From Actinomycetota bacterium (GTDB taxonomy: Bacteria; Actinomycetota; Thermoleophilia; Solirubrobacterales; 70-9), in assembly GCA_038040365.1 (NCBI GenBank), contig JBBPIL010000007.1, positions 7,550 through 71,549 of the forward strand: a stretch of DNA of 64,000 nt, in the 5' to 3' direction. Positions 44,150-52,433 of this stretch are shown here, piece by piece. Under the pieces are notes generated by a model. It saw only the letters and a program-made list of their open reading frames with translations, did no database searches and was not told the origin of the DNA. The position numbers were made by a program, and so were the translations under genes. How positions within the stretch are numbered: the first letter of the stretch is position 1; each line of letters opens with the position of its first letter.

Positions 44150-45502
44150 TCAGGAGGCGAAGCGGCGCAACGCCAGCCTCGCGAGCACCCCGTAGGCGGC
44201 GGCGAGGATCGCCAAGTGGAGGATCGGCCGGCCCAACCCGGGCCCGGCCGCGTCCAGGCCGCCCGAGATCGCGTCGAGCGCCGGGTCGAACGGGAACAGC
44301 GCCCGGATCACCTTGATCACGTCGAACAGGGCGGGGCTGACCGTGCCGGACCCGACCAGGGAGACGAAGGCGATCGGCAGCGAGATCATGAAGGCGAGCA
44401 GGGAGCTGGCGCGGACCTCGCGGGCGGCGCCTCCAATCGCCGCCCCGAAAGCGGCGAAGGCGGCGCCGCCCGCCACGATCGCCGCTCCGAACACGGGGAA
44501 GCGGCCCCAGTCGATGTCGACGAACAGCGACAGCCCGGCCAACATCAAAAGCGTGACCACGATCGACAGCGCCACCCCGAGCCCCACCTTCTCGACCAGC
44601 AGCGCCGTCCGCCCCACCAAGCCCCGGGTCAGCCGCGGGAAGGCGTTCTCCTCGCGCTCCAGCGCCAGCGAGCCGGCCACCAGCAGCACTGTGACGAACA
44701 TCAGGGTCACCGTCGCGGCAACGGAGATCGCGAACGAGTCCAGGCTGGGCGGGGAGCCCAAGACGACCTCCTTCTGAATCTCGATCGGGTGGGCGATCGA
44801 GCTCAGCAGCGGAGTGGCGAGGTTCAGGTTCTGGCGCGCCAGTCTCGAGAACTGGATCACCCGGTCGAGGGCGCCGGCGAACGGGCTACCCGCGGGCAGC
44901 TCCGGCCGCAGCGCCTCGAGGATGCGCTGGGTGTTCTTGAGGCCGAGGACGTTGAAGGTCTGGCCCAGCAGTGTGAACCTGCCTCCCCTGAGCAGCAGGC
45001 TCAGGTAGTTCGCGGAGATCTGCGTGACCTGTTTCGAGATCCTGAGGTTGGCCTCCGTGACCAGTGAGCCGATCCGGTCGTCCACCAGCCGCGCCTTGAC
45101 CGGGTCCTCCTCGTTGACCAGGACTCGCACGGTCGGCTGTGAGGGCGTCAGCGAGCCGAGCGACTCGAGCTCCTGAAGCAGGTTCGGCGGCAGGATCAGC
45201 GCCGCCAGCGCATCGCCCGACTCGACCATGTCGCGTGCCTGCTCCTCGCTGGACACCGGGATGCACTGGATTCGCGCGCAGAGCTCGCTGCGGGCACTCG
45301 CGACGTCGAACTTCGCGCCGGCGAGCACGAACGGCTGCCCTTGGGGAACCTGGTTGAGGAAGGCAACCCGGGGTGTCTCGGGCCCGCGCGAGAGCGCGAA
45401 GCCGATCAGCACGGCAATCGCCACCGGATAGACGATCAGCAGCGCCGTCACGAGCGGCGAGCGGCGCAGGATCTGGAGGTCCTTGATGAACAGCCAGCGC
45501 AC
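44150..45502 (-). CDS. ABC-2 type transporter permease
   Basis: GTG at 45502 gives VRWLFIKDLQILRRSPLV, a typical ABC-2 N-terminus. Large extracytoplasmic loop and C-terminal TM bundle. Confidence 0.75.
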   Translation of the reverse strand: MRWLFIKDLQILRRSPLVTALLIVYPVAIAVLIGFALSRGPETPRVAFLNQVPQGQPFVLAGAKFDVASARSELCARIQCIPVSSEEQARDMVESGDALAALILPPNLLQELESLGSLTPSQPTVRVLVNEEDPVKARLVDDRIGSLVTEANLRISKQVTQISANYLSLLLRGGRFTLLGQTFNVLGLKNTQRILEALRPELPAGSPFAGALDRVIQFSRLARQNLNLATPLLSSIAHPIEIQKEVVLGSPPSLDSFAISVAATVTLMFVTVLLVAGSLALEREENAFPRLTRGLVGRTALLVEKVGLGVALSIVVTLLMLAGLSLFVDIDWGRFPVFGAAIVAGGAAFAAFGAAIGGAAREVRASSLLAFMISLPIAFVSLVGSGTVSPALFDVIKVIRALFPFDPALDAISGGLDAAGPGLGRPILHLAILAAAYGVLARLALRRFAS

Positions 45503-45521
45503 TAGTGGCGCCCGATTCGCA

Positions 45522-46217
45522 TCAATGACCTCGACCCCGGAGAAAGGCGACGAACGCCTGCTCGAAGTCACGCGCGCCTGATTCGGGAACGGCTGCGTGG
45601 AGCTGGGCTGGGGTGCCGTCGAACAGCGCCACGCCATCGGCGAGCACCAGCAGCCGCTGGCCGTAACGCTCGGCCTCGGCGATGTTGTGGGTGGAGAAGA
45701 TCACCGTGGTGCCACCGCCCGCGAGGCCGAGCACGAACTCCCAAAGGCGCTCCCGCTGACGCGGGTCGAGCCCGGCGCTGGGCTCGTCGAGGAGCAGGAC
45801 CAACGGGCGGGCGAGGAGGCCGATCGCGATGTTGATCCGCTGCTGGTTTCCGCCCGACAGGGTTCCCACCTGGTCGTCGCGGCGGTCGGCGAGGCCGGCC
45901 TGGTCGAGCATCTCCTCCACCGCGGCATCCGTGTCGGGGAGCTTCTCGAGGTGGGCGAAGAGGCGCAGGTTCTCGGTCACGGTGAGACGCCGGTAGACCG
46001 CCGCCTGCTGCGGGATCCAGCCGATCTCGCCCGGAGGCCGGCTGACGGTGCCACCGTCCTGACGCCTGATCCCCGCGAGGATCGTCAGCAGGGTCGTCTT
46101 GCCGGCGCCGTTGGGACCGATCACCGCGAGCAGCTCGCCGCGGTGGGCGTCGAAGTTGACGCCCTTGAGCGCCTCGCGCTCGCCGAAGCGCTTGACGAGC
46201 TGGCGTGTCTCGATCAC
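45522..46217 (-). CDS. ABC transporter ATP-binding protein
   Basis: Walker A GPNGAGKTT, signature LSGGNQQR, Walker B LLLLDEPS. I preferred GTG at 46217 (VIETRQLVKRFGE). Confidence 0.85.
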   Translation of the reverse strand: MIETRQLVKRFGEREALKGVNFDAHRGELLAVIGPNGAGKTTLLTILAGIRRQDGGTVSRPPGEIGWIPQQAAVYRRLTVTENLRLFAHLEKLPDTDAAVEEMLDQAGLADRRDDQVGTLSGGNQQRINIAIGLLARPLVLLLDEPSAGLDPRQRERLWEFVLGLAGGGTTVIFSTHNIAEAERYGQRLLVLADGVALFDGTPAQLHAAVPESGARDFEQAFVAFLRGRGH

Positions 46218-46344
46218 GACTTCGCCGTCCGTCGACCGACCGGTGGTGGCGGATTCGCCGAACACGCCGAGGAAAGCTAGTGGGTCGTGCGGTGCGCAAC
46301 TTCCGCTGGCGCCGCTTGTTAGTTGGGCGAGGCACGGAGGGCTG

Positions 46345-46983
46345 ATGAGCACGACAGCATCACGACGGGTGGAGCAGCCGAGCGGGGTGCGGCGGCCGAG
46401 CGGGGTAAAGCGGCCGCGATTGATCCGGCAGGCGAGCGCCTGGCTGCCCCAACGCGCTCCCGAGCCGCTGCCGCTGCAAGACCTGGAGGAGTCGGATGCC
46501 CTCCGCTGGGTCGACATCTACGGCGGCGACCTGAGCAACGGCGAGGTGCTGGCGCTGCTCGCCCCTATCTGCCGCGGCGGGCTCACCGAGAAGATGGTCC
46601 GCGACCTGATCACTCCTCAGCGGTTCGCAGCCGGGGGGAGCTACCGCGACAGCGACGTGGTGATCACGTCCGGCTTCCGCATTCGCCACTTGTGCTCAGG
46701 CACCAACGGAACCGAAGCCACGAACGGCAACGGCAGCCCCTCGGTCTTCGAGCCGGTCCAGATGCTGGTGGGCGATGACTGGCTGCTCAGCTGCTGGCAT
46801 CCGGCGCGGGTGTTTCGCGGCATGGGCGACCCGGTCCCTGTCGCCGACGATTCATCCAGCGGGCTCTACCTGGCTGTGGCCAAGAGTTGGCCGACCAGCA
46901 ACGCGAGCACCGCCGAGGGCCTCGCCAAGCTCATGCGGCGCGAACTTTCCGGCGGCGCCGTCTACCGGCCGCCGATCAACTGA
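46345..46983 (+). CDS. CorA-like N-terminal cytoplasmic domain only (truncated, no TM/GMN region)
   Basis: ATG at 46345 sits behind GGAGGG. RWVDIYGGDLSNGEVLALL.., FEPVQMLVGDDWLLSCWH fit the CorA N-domain pattern. The ORF ends after 212 aa. Confidence 0.45.
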   Translation: MSTTASRRVEQPSGVRRPSGVKRPRLIRQASAWLPQRAPEPLPLQDLEESDALRWVDIYGGDLSNGEVLALLAPICRGGLTEKMVRDLITPQRFAAGGSYRDSDVVITSGFRIRHLCSGTNGTEATNGNGSPSVFEPVQMLVGDDWLLSCWHPARVFRGMGDPVPVADDSSSGLYLAVAKSWPTSNASTAEGLAKLMRRELSGGAVYRPPIN

Positions 46984-46997
46984 CGCCGAAGCGAGCC

Positions 46998-47031
46998 GAC
47001 CCGTGCGGTCCGCAGGGGGACCGCACGGGTC
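46998..47031 (+). terminator. perfect 14-bp stem hairpin 15 nt after the CorA-like stop
   Basis: GACCCGTGCGGTCC-gcaggg-GGACCGCACGGGTC. There is no U-tract. Confidence 0.5.
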
Positions 47032-47099
47032 GTCACGTTCGCGATGCCCGGCATGCGGGCGGCCGTCAGCAGCCACTGGATGACTAGGCTCTCTCGCCC

Positions 47100-47879
47100 G
47101 TGCGCGTCCTATTCATCGGAGACATCGTCGGCCGTCCCGGCCGAGTGGGGCTCGCCGCGGCCATGCCCGAGCTTCGCCAGCGCCACTCACCCGACCTCGT
47201 GATCGCCAATGGCGAGAACTCGGCCGGCGGCCTCGGGATCACCGAGAAGACCGCCAACGAGATGTTCGAGACCGGCATCGACGTGATCACCACCGGCAAC
47301 CACGTCTACCGTCACCGCGCGGTCTACGAGTTCCTGGATCGCAGCGACGGGGTGGTGCGCCCGGCCAACTATCCGGTCGGAAACCCGGGGCGTGGCGCGA
47401 CGACCGTCGAGGCCGCCGGAAGGCGCGTCGCCGTGCTCAACCTGAGCGGCGCGGTGCAGCTTCGGGTCGCCCGCTCCCCGTTCGCCGAGGCCGACGCCCA
47501 GCTGGCCAAGCTCGAGAGCGAGGCGGACGCCGTGATCGTCGACTTCCACGCCGAGGTGACGAGCGAAAAGGTGGCGATGGGCTGGCACCTCGACGGGCGG
47601 GTTGCCGCCTGCCTCGGCACCCACACCCACGTCCCCACCGCCGACGCCCGCGTCCTGCCCGGTGGCACGGCGTTCATCAGCGACGTCGGCATGACCGGCT
47701 CGCGCGGTGGGGTGATCGGGGTGCGGCGCGAGCAGGCGCTCGAGGCTTTTCGCACGCAGATGCCGATCAAGTTCGACACCGCCGACGAGGACGTCTGGAT
47801 CAACGCCGTGGTCGTCGAGGTCCGCGACGACGGCCTAGCGGCGTCGATCGAGCAGGTGGTGGTTCCGGCGCCACAGTAG
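47100..47879 (+). CDS. YmdB-family (TIGR00282) metallophosphoesterase
   Basis: GTG start. LFIGDIVGRPGR, NGENSAGGLGIT, TTGNH, DFHAEVTSEK. Confidence 0.85.
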   Translation: MRVLFIGDIVGRPGRVGLAAAMPELRQRHSPDLVIANGENSAGGLGITEKTANEMFETGIDVITTGNHVYRHRAVYEFLDRSDGVVRPANYPVGNPGRGATTVEAAGRRVAVLNLSGAVQLRVARSPFAEADAQLAKLESEADAVIVDFHAEVTSEKVAMGWHLDGRVAACLGTHTHVPTADARVLPGGTAFISDVGMTGSRGGVIGVRREQALEAFRTQMPIKFDTADEDVWINAVVVEVRDDGLAASIEQVVVPAPQ

Positions 47880-49590
47880 GCAGAGCGACAAGTCCCGCCA
47901 TCGCCAAGCCGAAGAACCACGGGATGTAGAGATAGAACCAGTGCTCCGCCGTCAGCTGGACTGCGATCAGGACCGCCGCAGCGAGGGCGGCGGCCTGAGG
48001 CAGGGAGCGGCGGCGGGGGACGATGGCGACGAGCAGGGCGAGGCCGACGGCGAACCCCTTGAGCACGGTCTGGAGCCACTCGAGCGAGTGCTCCTGGCCC
48101 CAGATGCTGAACGGGGAGCTGCGGTCGAGCTGGCTCTCGACGGTGCGGTCGTAGAAGGTGGCGAGGCCCGGTTCGATCGTGGGGAGGGCGAGCATCAGGG
48201 CGAGACCGCCGATGAAGGCGATCGAGAAGAAAGCGAGCGCGCGGCCCCTCGGCTGCGCGAGCGCTTGGCGCTGGAGGCCGTCGCTTCGGTCGAGAAGGCC
48301 CCGCTCGCCGACGGCGAAGAGCGGGGCGAGCGCCAGCGGCGCGAACTTGGCGAGGGTCGCAAGGGCGAGCAGAGTGCCGCGCTTGATAGGAGAGCTGAAG
48401 ACGACGAGCGCCCAGACGAGCAGCGCCGCGATCAGAGTGTCGTTGGAGTTCGACTGCAGGGCGTAATCGGTGAACGGGTAGGCCGCCCAGGCGAAGCCGA
48501 GGATGACGCCGAGGCGGGTCCCGCCGAGCTGGCGCCCGAGCACGAAGAGCCCGGCGACGGTCGCCAGGTCGAAGAAGATCGCGGCGGCATGGGCGGCGGG
48601 GAGGTTGTCCCAGGCGCCGTGCCAAGGCAGGACGAGCTCGAACGGGATGTAGGCGTAGTAGTTGAAGGGGCCGTAGGTGTCGCCGAAGGGATTGTCGGAG
48701 GGGAACGCGTTCAGGCCCCAGACGGTCAGCCCGTGAGTGATGTGGTCGGCGCCGATCACGCCGGCGTAGCCGACGTCGATGACGCCGGAATCGGCGATGT
48801 TGAGAGCGATTCGAAAGCCGAGCAGGAAGGCGCCGCCAATCGCCAGCCAGGCGGTCGGCGCCGACGGCCGAAGCCCCTCCCCGGCGCCGCGGAACCCCAC
48901 CCAGAGCATCCGCGCGAGCAGGTAGACGAGCGGCGGGTAGGCGAGCGGCACGCTGACGCCGATGTTGGCGGCGTTGAAGAAGATCGCCGAGATGCCGAAC
49001 GAGAGCAGGACGAGCAGGTCGAGATGGACGATCCGCCACTTGCGGCGCCAGTCGAAGAGGCCAAGCAGGAAGATCGCCGCGAGCGGCAGCCAGACATAGG
49101 GAGCGTTCAGCTTGTGGCCGAACTGGTCGGGGTAGCCGCGGGCCATCTGCCAGGCGATCTGGTAGCCGGTCCAAGACTCGCGCACCGTCGCCGTGGCGTC
49201 GTCGACGATCACCTGCACCCGCTCCGTCCCATTTGCGTAGAAGTCCACCTGCCAGGTGCCTGGCTTGGCCTGCGCCGAGGCGCTGAGCCGCCCATAGCGC
49301 TGGCGCTGCTCGGCGACCTTGGGGTCGGCGCGGGCGACGCGGATCGCCCGGGCCTTGGTCAGATTCGGCGCCACCTCGTCGGCTCGCGACGGCGTGGCTG
49401 TGGCCGTGGACGATCCCGCCTTCGCCGCGGGTGCCGAGCCGGGTGCCGGGGTTCCCTGCCCGAGCGCCGAGGCGGGCAGCGCGAAGGCGATCAGGACGGA
49501 GGCGACGAGCGCGGCGCGACTCAGAGCAACTCTACGCGTGGGGAGGCGATGGAGGGCGCGTCTCAGCGCCCTTCTGCGCCGAAGGTCCAC
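47800..49590 (-). CDS. polytopic membrane glycosyltransferase-like protein (GT-C / DUF2029-GT87-like)
   Basis: More than 10 TM helices follow a signal-anchor and a PepSY-like segment (WQVDFYANGTERVQVIVDD). The start is uncertain: GTG at 49590 overlaps gtrA by 28 nt. The family call is tentative. Confidence 0.6.
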   Translation of the reverse strand: MDLRRRRALRRALHRLPTRRVALSRAALVASVLIAFALPASALGQGTPAPGSAPAAKAGSSTATATPSRADEVAPNLTKARAIRVARADPKVAEQRQRYGRLSASAQAKPGTWQVDFYANGTERVQVIVDDATATVRESWTGYQIAWQMARGYPDQFGHKLNAPYVWLPLAAIFLLGLFDWRRKWRIVHLDLLVLLSFGISAIFFNAANIGVSVPLAYPPLVYLLARMLWVGFRGAGEGLRPSAPTAWLAIGGAFLLGFRIALNIADSGVIDVGYAGVIGADHITHGLTVWGLNAFPSDNPFGDTYGPFNYYAYIPFELVLPWHGAWDNLPAAHAAAIFFDLATVAGLFVLGRQLGGTRLGVILGFAWAAYPFTDYALQSNSNDTLIAALLVWALVVFSSPIKRGTLLALATLAKFAPLALAPLFAVGERGLLDRSDGLQRQALAQPRGRALAFFSIAFIGGLALMLALPTIEPGLATFYDRTVESQLDRSSPFSIWGQEHSLEWLQTVLKGFAVGLALLVAIVPRRRSLPQAAALAAAVLIAVQLTAEHWFYLYIPWFFGLAMAGLVALPTVAPEPPPARSTPLGRRRGPRRPRR

Positions 49591-50054
49591 AGCTTGTTGC
49601 CGATGAAGTTGAACGGCATCGCGGCGGCCACCGAGAGGGCCTGCGAGGGAAGCTCGGGGGCGCCGGCAACGTCGACCAAGAGGTAGAGCAGGATCAGGTT
49701 GACGCCCAGCGCCAGGACGCTGACGGTCAAGAAGCGCGCCGCCTGGAAGCCGGGGTGACCCTCGGTCGCGCTGAAGGTCCAGCGGCGGTTCCAGAGGAAG
49801 TTGTTGGTCACGGCGACGCAGAAGGCGCCCACGGCGGAGAGGATGTGGTGGACGCCGAGCGCCTCGTACAAGACCGCGAAGACGGCGAGATTGATCACGT
49901 AGCCGGTCCCGCCAACGACGCCGAACTTGAATAGCTGAATCCAGTTCTCGGGCTTCCGGGTGCCGAGGTGGATGCGAAGGGCCAGCTGCCAGGTCCAGTC
50001 GGCGGCGCCTGCGGGAACGTCGACCGGGGGTTGGGTCTCCTCGACTCGGCTCAC
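49563..50054 (-). CDS. GtrA family membrane protein
   Basis: FKFGVVGGTGYVINLAVF. 4 TM. FLWNRRWTF. GTGA overlap with the upstream gene. Confidence 0.85.
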   Translation of the reverse strand: MSRVEETQPPVDVPAGAADWTWQLALRIHLGTRKPENWIQLFKFGVVGGTGYVINLAVFAVLYEALGVHHILSAVGAFCVAVTNNFLWNRRWTFSATEGHPGFQAARFLTVSVLALGVNLILLYLLVDVAGAPELPSQALSVAAAMPFNFIGNKLWTFGAEGR

Positions 50055-51622
50055 CAGGCGACCTCCGCCTCGGCCTCGGTCGGGGCCTGTGCCTCGGGCG
50101 CGCGGATGTCCTCATCGGTGGTGACACCGAAGTGGCCCAGCACCAGCGCCGCGACGTCGCGGAGCGCCCACTGCTCGCGCACTTCTTCGACTCCCGGCTC
50201 GAGGCCGCAGAGGACCAGCGGGCCGAGCGAGTCGCCGGCCAGGAGGGCGCCGTGGCTGCCGCCGCCGATGTGCGTGGCCCCGCCCCAGTCCACGCACTCG
50301 TAGCCCTGCTTCAGCGAGACCAGCAGATCGCCCGCATTCGGCGCCGTGAGCGCCGACCACAGCCGCGTCAGGCCGTCCGGGTAGACGAGGTCGTCAAGCC
50401 CGTCGTCGCGCGGCTCCATTGCGAGCGCGGCGAGCTCGCCCTCGGCGTCCCAGCTCGCGCCACGCCGGTCGGACAGTTGCGAGCCGGGCCGAAAGCGCAG
50501 CTCGCCGCCCGCGCTCTCGACCACCGCCTCGGGCCCGGGGCCGTTGTCGGCCGACAGCCAGGCGACCAGGTCGACGCCGTCGAGGCTCCGCAGGCGGCCT
50601 CGGACGCCGGCGTGGGTGGCCGCCCGGCGTCGGTCCTCCGCCAGCAGGTAGACCCCCGCCGCCCGTGCGGTCGGGCTCACGGCAAGCTCCGCCGACTCGG
50701 GGTGCTCGGCGTTCGCCGCCAGCACCTGCCACTCCTCCCCCAGAGCCTCCGCCAGCGGCACCGCCGTCTCGACGTCGGTCTGCGCGTGGTCGGCCATCAG
50801 GATCACCGCATGGGCGTCGAGGAAGGTGTCGATCCCGCCCGCCTCGTCGACGATCTCGCCGAAGCTGCGGTCGGCGTGGGAGATCGAGTCGAGCATCGCG
50901 TCGACCCCGTAGGTGTGAGTGTGGTGGTCGTTGTCGGGGAGAGAGAAGAGCAGGAAGTCGTAGAGATCCTCCCGAACCAGCTCGCGGCCGACGCAGGCCG
51001 AGTAGGTGTCGCGGGTTCCCGGCCGCGCCAGGGTCGGCTTGCAGGGCACCCTGCGGCTCGCGTACAACTCGCCATAGAAGAGCTCGTCGGGCCCCCAGAC
51101 CGCGTGGCGGAATTTGGCGGCCACCGCGACCCTGCGCATCAGTCCCTCGAGGCTGAGCTGGTGGCGCCGGCGCCCGCGGAAGATCAGGAACGGCGTCACC
51201 GCCGTTCGAACCCCGGCGTCGCCGAGGCGCTCGAACACGGTCTCCACGTTGTGCGAGAGATGGGCCATGTTCATGTTGTAGACGGTGTCGTAGAGGGTCC
51301 TGAAGAGGCCGAAGGCGCGGGTCGCCTCCAGCGAGGAGCCGTACTCGACGTAGCGTTGCTCGGCGCGGTGGTACCAGTTCATGCCGCTGATGCCGTGCCG
51401 GTCCGGGCCCACCCCGGTGGCGATCTCCGAGCAGGCGACGGGCGTCACCGACGGAAAGGCCGAGACGCAGTCGCCGATCAGCGAGCCGCGCTCGAGCAGG
51501 GCGGCGAAGTTGGGCGCCAGGTCGTCGGCCACCGCCCGCATCAGCATGTCGGTGCGAAGCGAGTCGACCACGATGAGGCAGAGCTTGCGCGAGCCGGGCG
51601 GCAACGGAGGCGGGGAGCTCAC
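50051..51622 (-). CDS. alkaline-phosphatase superfamily nucleotide pyrophosphatase/phosphodiesterase-like protein
   Basis: LIVVDSLRTD. FPSVTPVACSEIATGVGPDRHGI (NPP Thr nucleophile context). MADHAQTD. GTG at 51622 overlaps the upstream stop (GTGA). Confidence 0.8.
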   Translation of the reverse strand: MSSPPPLPPGSRKLCLIVVDSLRTDMLMRAVADDLAPNFAALLERGSLIGDCVSAFPSVTPVACSEIATGVGPDRHGISGMNWYHRAEQRYVEYGSSLEATRAFGLFRTLYDTVYNMNMAHLSHNVETVFERLGDAGVRTAVTPFLIFRGRRRHQLSLEGLMRRVAVAAKFRHAVWGPDELFYGELYASRRVPCKPTLARPGTRDTYSACVGRELVREDLYDFLLFSLPDNDHHTHTYGVDAMLDSISHADRSFGEIVDEAGGIDTFLDAHAVILMADHAQTDVETAVPLAEALGEEWQVLAANAEHPESAELAVSPTARAAGVYLLAEDRRRAATHAGVRGRLRSLDGVDLVAWLSADNGPGPEAVVESAGGELRFRPGSQLSDRRGASWDAEGELAALAMEPRDDGLDDLVYPDGLTRLWSALTAPNAGDLLVSLKQGYECVDWGGATHIGGGSHGALLAGDSLGPLVLCGLEPGVEEVREQWALRDVAALVLGHFGVTTDEDIRAPEAQAPTEAEAEVAW

Positions 51623-52050
51623 CGGAGCACCCGCAGCCCCTCGTACTTGCGCTGGGCGCGGCGGCGGCGGGCGGAGCCCAGCCAAACGATGGCCACCAGC
51701 GCGACCAGGGCAACCGGCTCGACGAACAGCGACGCGGCAGCGAGGACCAGGGCTCCCAGGGCAACGAACAGCCCGATCGATGAGGCGCCCTCGTGACGCG
51801 CCAAGGCGCCGGCGACGACGCCGTTGACGATCCCGAACGTGAACACGGCGATCACCGCCCCCACCAGCCAACCCGGCCAGGCGGGGTGGTCGGTCGTGGC
51901 CAGCGAGGCCCCGAACAGGACCCCGCCGCCGATCGCGGCCGCGGCGGCAAGCAGGAACCCGACCACCCCGCGGCGACCGGAGGCGCCACCGAAGGTGCCG
52001 GCGGCGAGCGCTAGCCCGATCCCCTGGCAGGTGGCTAGGAAGAGGTCCAT
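51619..52050 (-). CDS. small Gly/Ala-rich integral membrane protein
   Basis: 143 aa with about 4 TM helices. It is the first gene of the co-directional overlapping operon. Confidence 0.55.
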   Translation of the reverse strand: MDLFLATCQGIGLALAAGTFGGASGRRGVVGFLLAAAAAIGGGVLFGASLATTDHPAWPGWLVGAVIAVFTFGIVNGVVAGALARHEGASSIGLFVALGALVLAAASLFVEPVALVALVAIVWLGSARRRRAQRKYEGLRVLR

Positions 52051-52119
52051 CGGCGAGCGGCCAAGGCTAGCGAGTACGACGGCTCGTCCCTGGCCCTCCG
52101 CCCCGCCGGCTAGGAGTCG

Positions 52120-52422
52120 CTACGCGCCGCCGAAGCCGAGCGTGCGGCCGCAGCCGGCGAGCTTCAGGGTCAATGGCCCGTCGGTGGTGACGTCGAGCTG
52201 CGGGTGGCAGCTGAGGCGGGCGCGGCCGGGGTGAACGACTACCTGGGCCAGGTTCTCGGCATCCAGATGAAGGACATTGCGGGCGGTCGTCTGGGTCGCG
52301 GAGCTCCAGCTCTTCGACTGCTCTATGTAGGGCAGGGGGCCGACGTTGCCTCCCTGGAGCGTCCCGGGCTGAGTTTGGGTCGGGTTCTCCCCAGCCGAGC
52401 AGAGGCCGAGCGGCTTCGGCAC
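52120..52422 (-). CDS. hypothetical protein (100 aa)
   Basis: By hand count this frame is clearly more GC3-rich than the antisense ORF. The only start is GTG at 52422, 2 nt from the divergent neighbour. I do not recognise a family. Confidence 0.35.
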   Translation of the reverse strand: MPKPLGLCSAGENPTQTQPGTLQGGNVGPLPYIEQSKSWSSATQTTARNVLHLDAENLAQVVVHPGRARLSCHPQLDVTTDGPLTLKLAGCGRTLGFGGA

Positions 52423-52433
52423 ACTTGACCGCG

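Noticed and set aside
47369-49174. Long overlapping ORFs in the track: 47369-49174, 47941-49686, 50132-51796, 50394-51764, 52323-53954, 25656-27290, 19129-20337, 40604-41998, 41992-43110 and 43062-44195.
   Set aside because: Each lies in an alternative frame or strand of a gene with strong motif support. All are Arg/Pro/Gly-rich.
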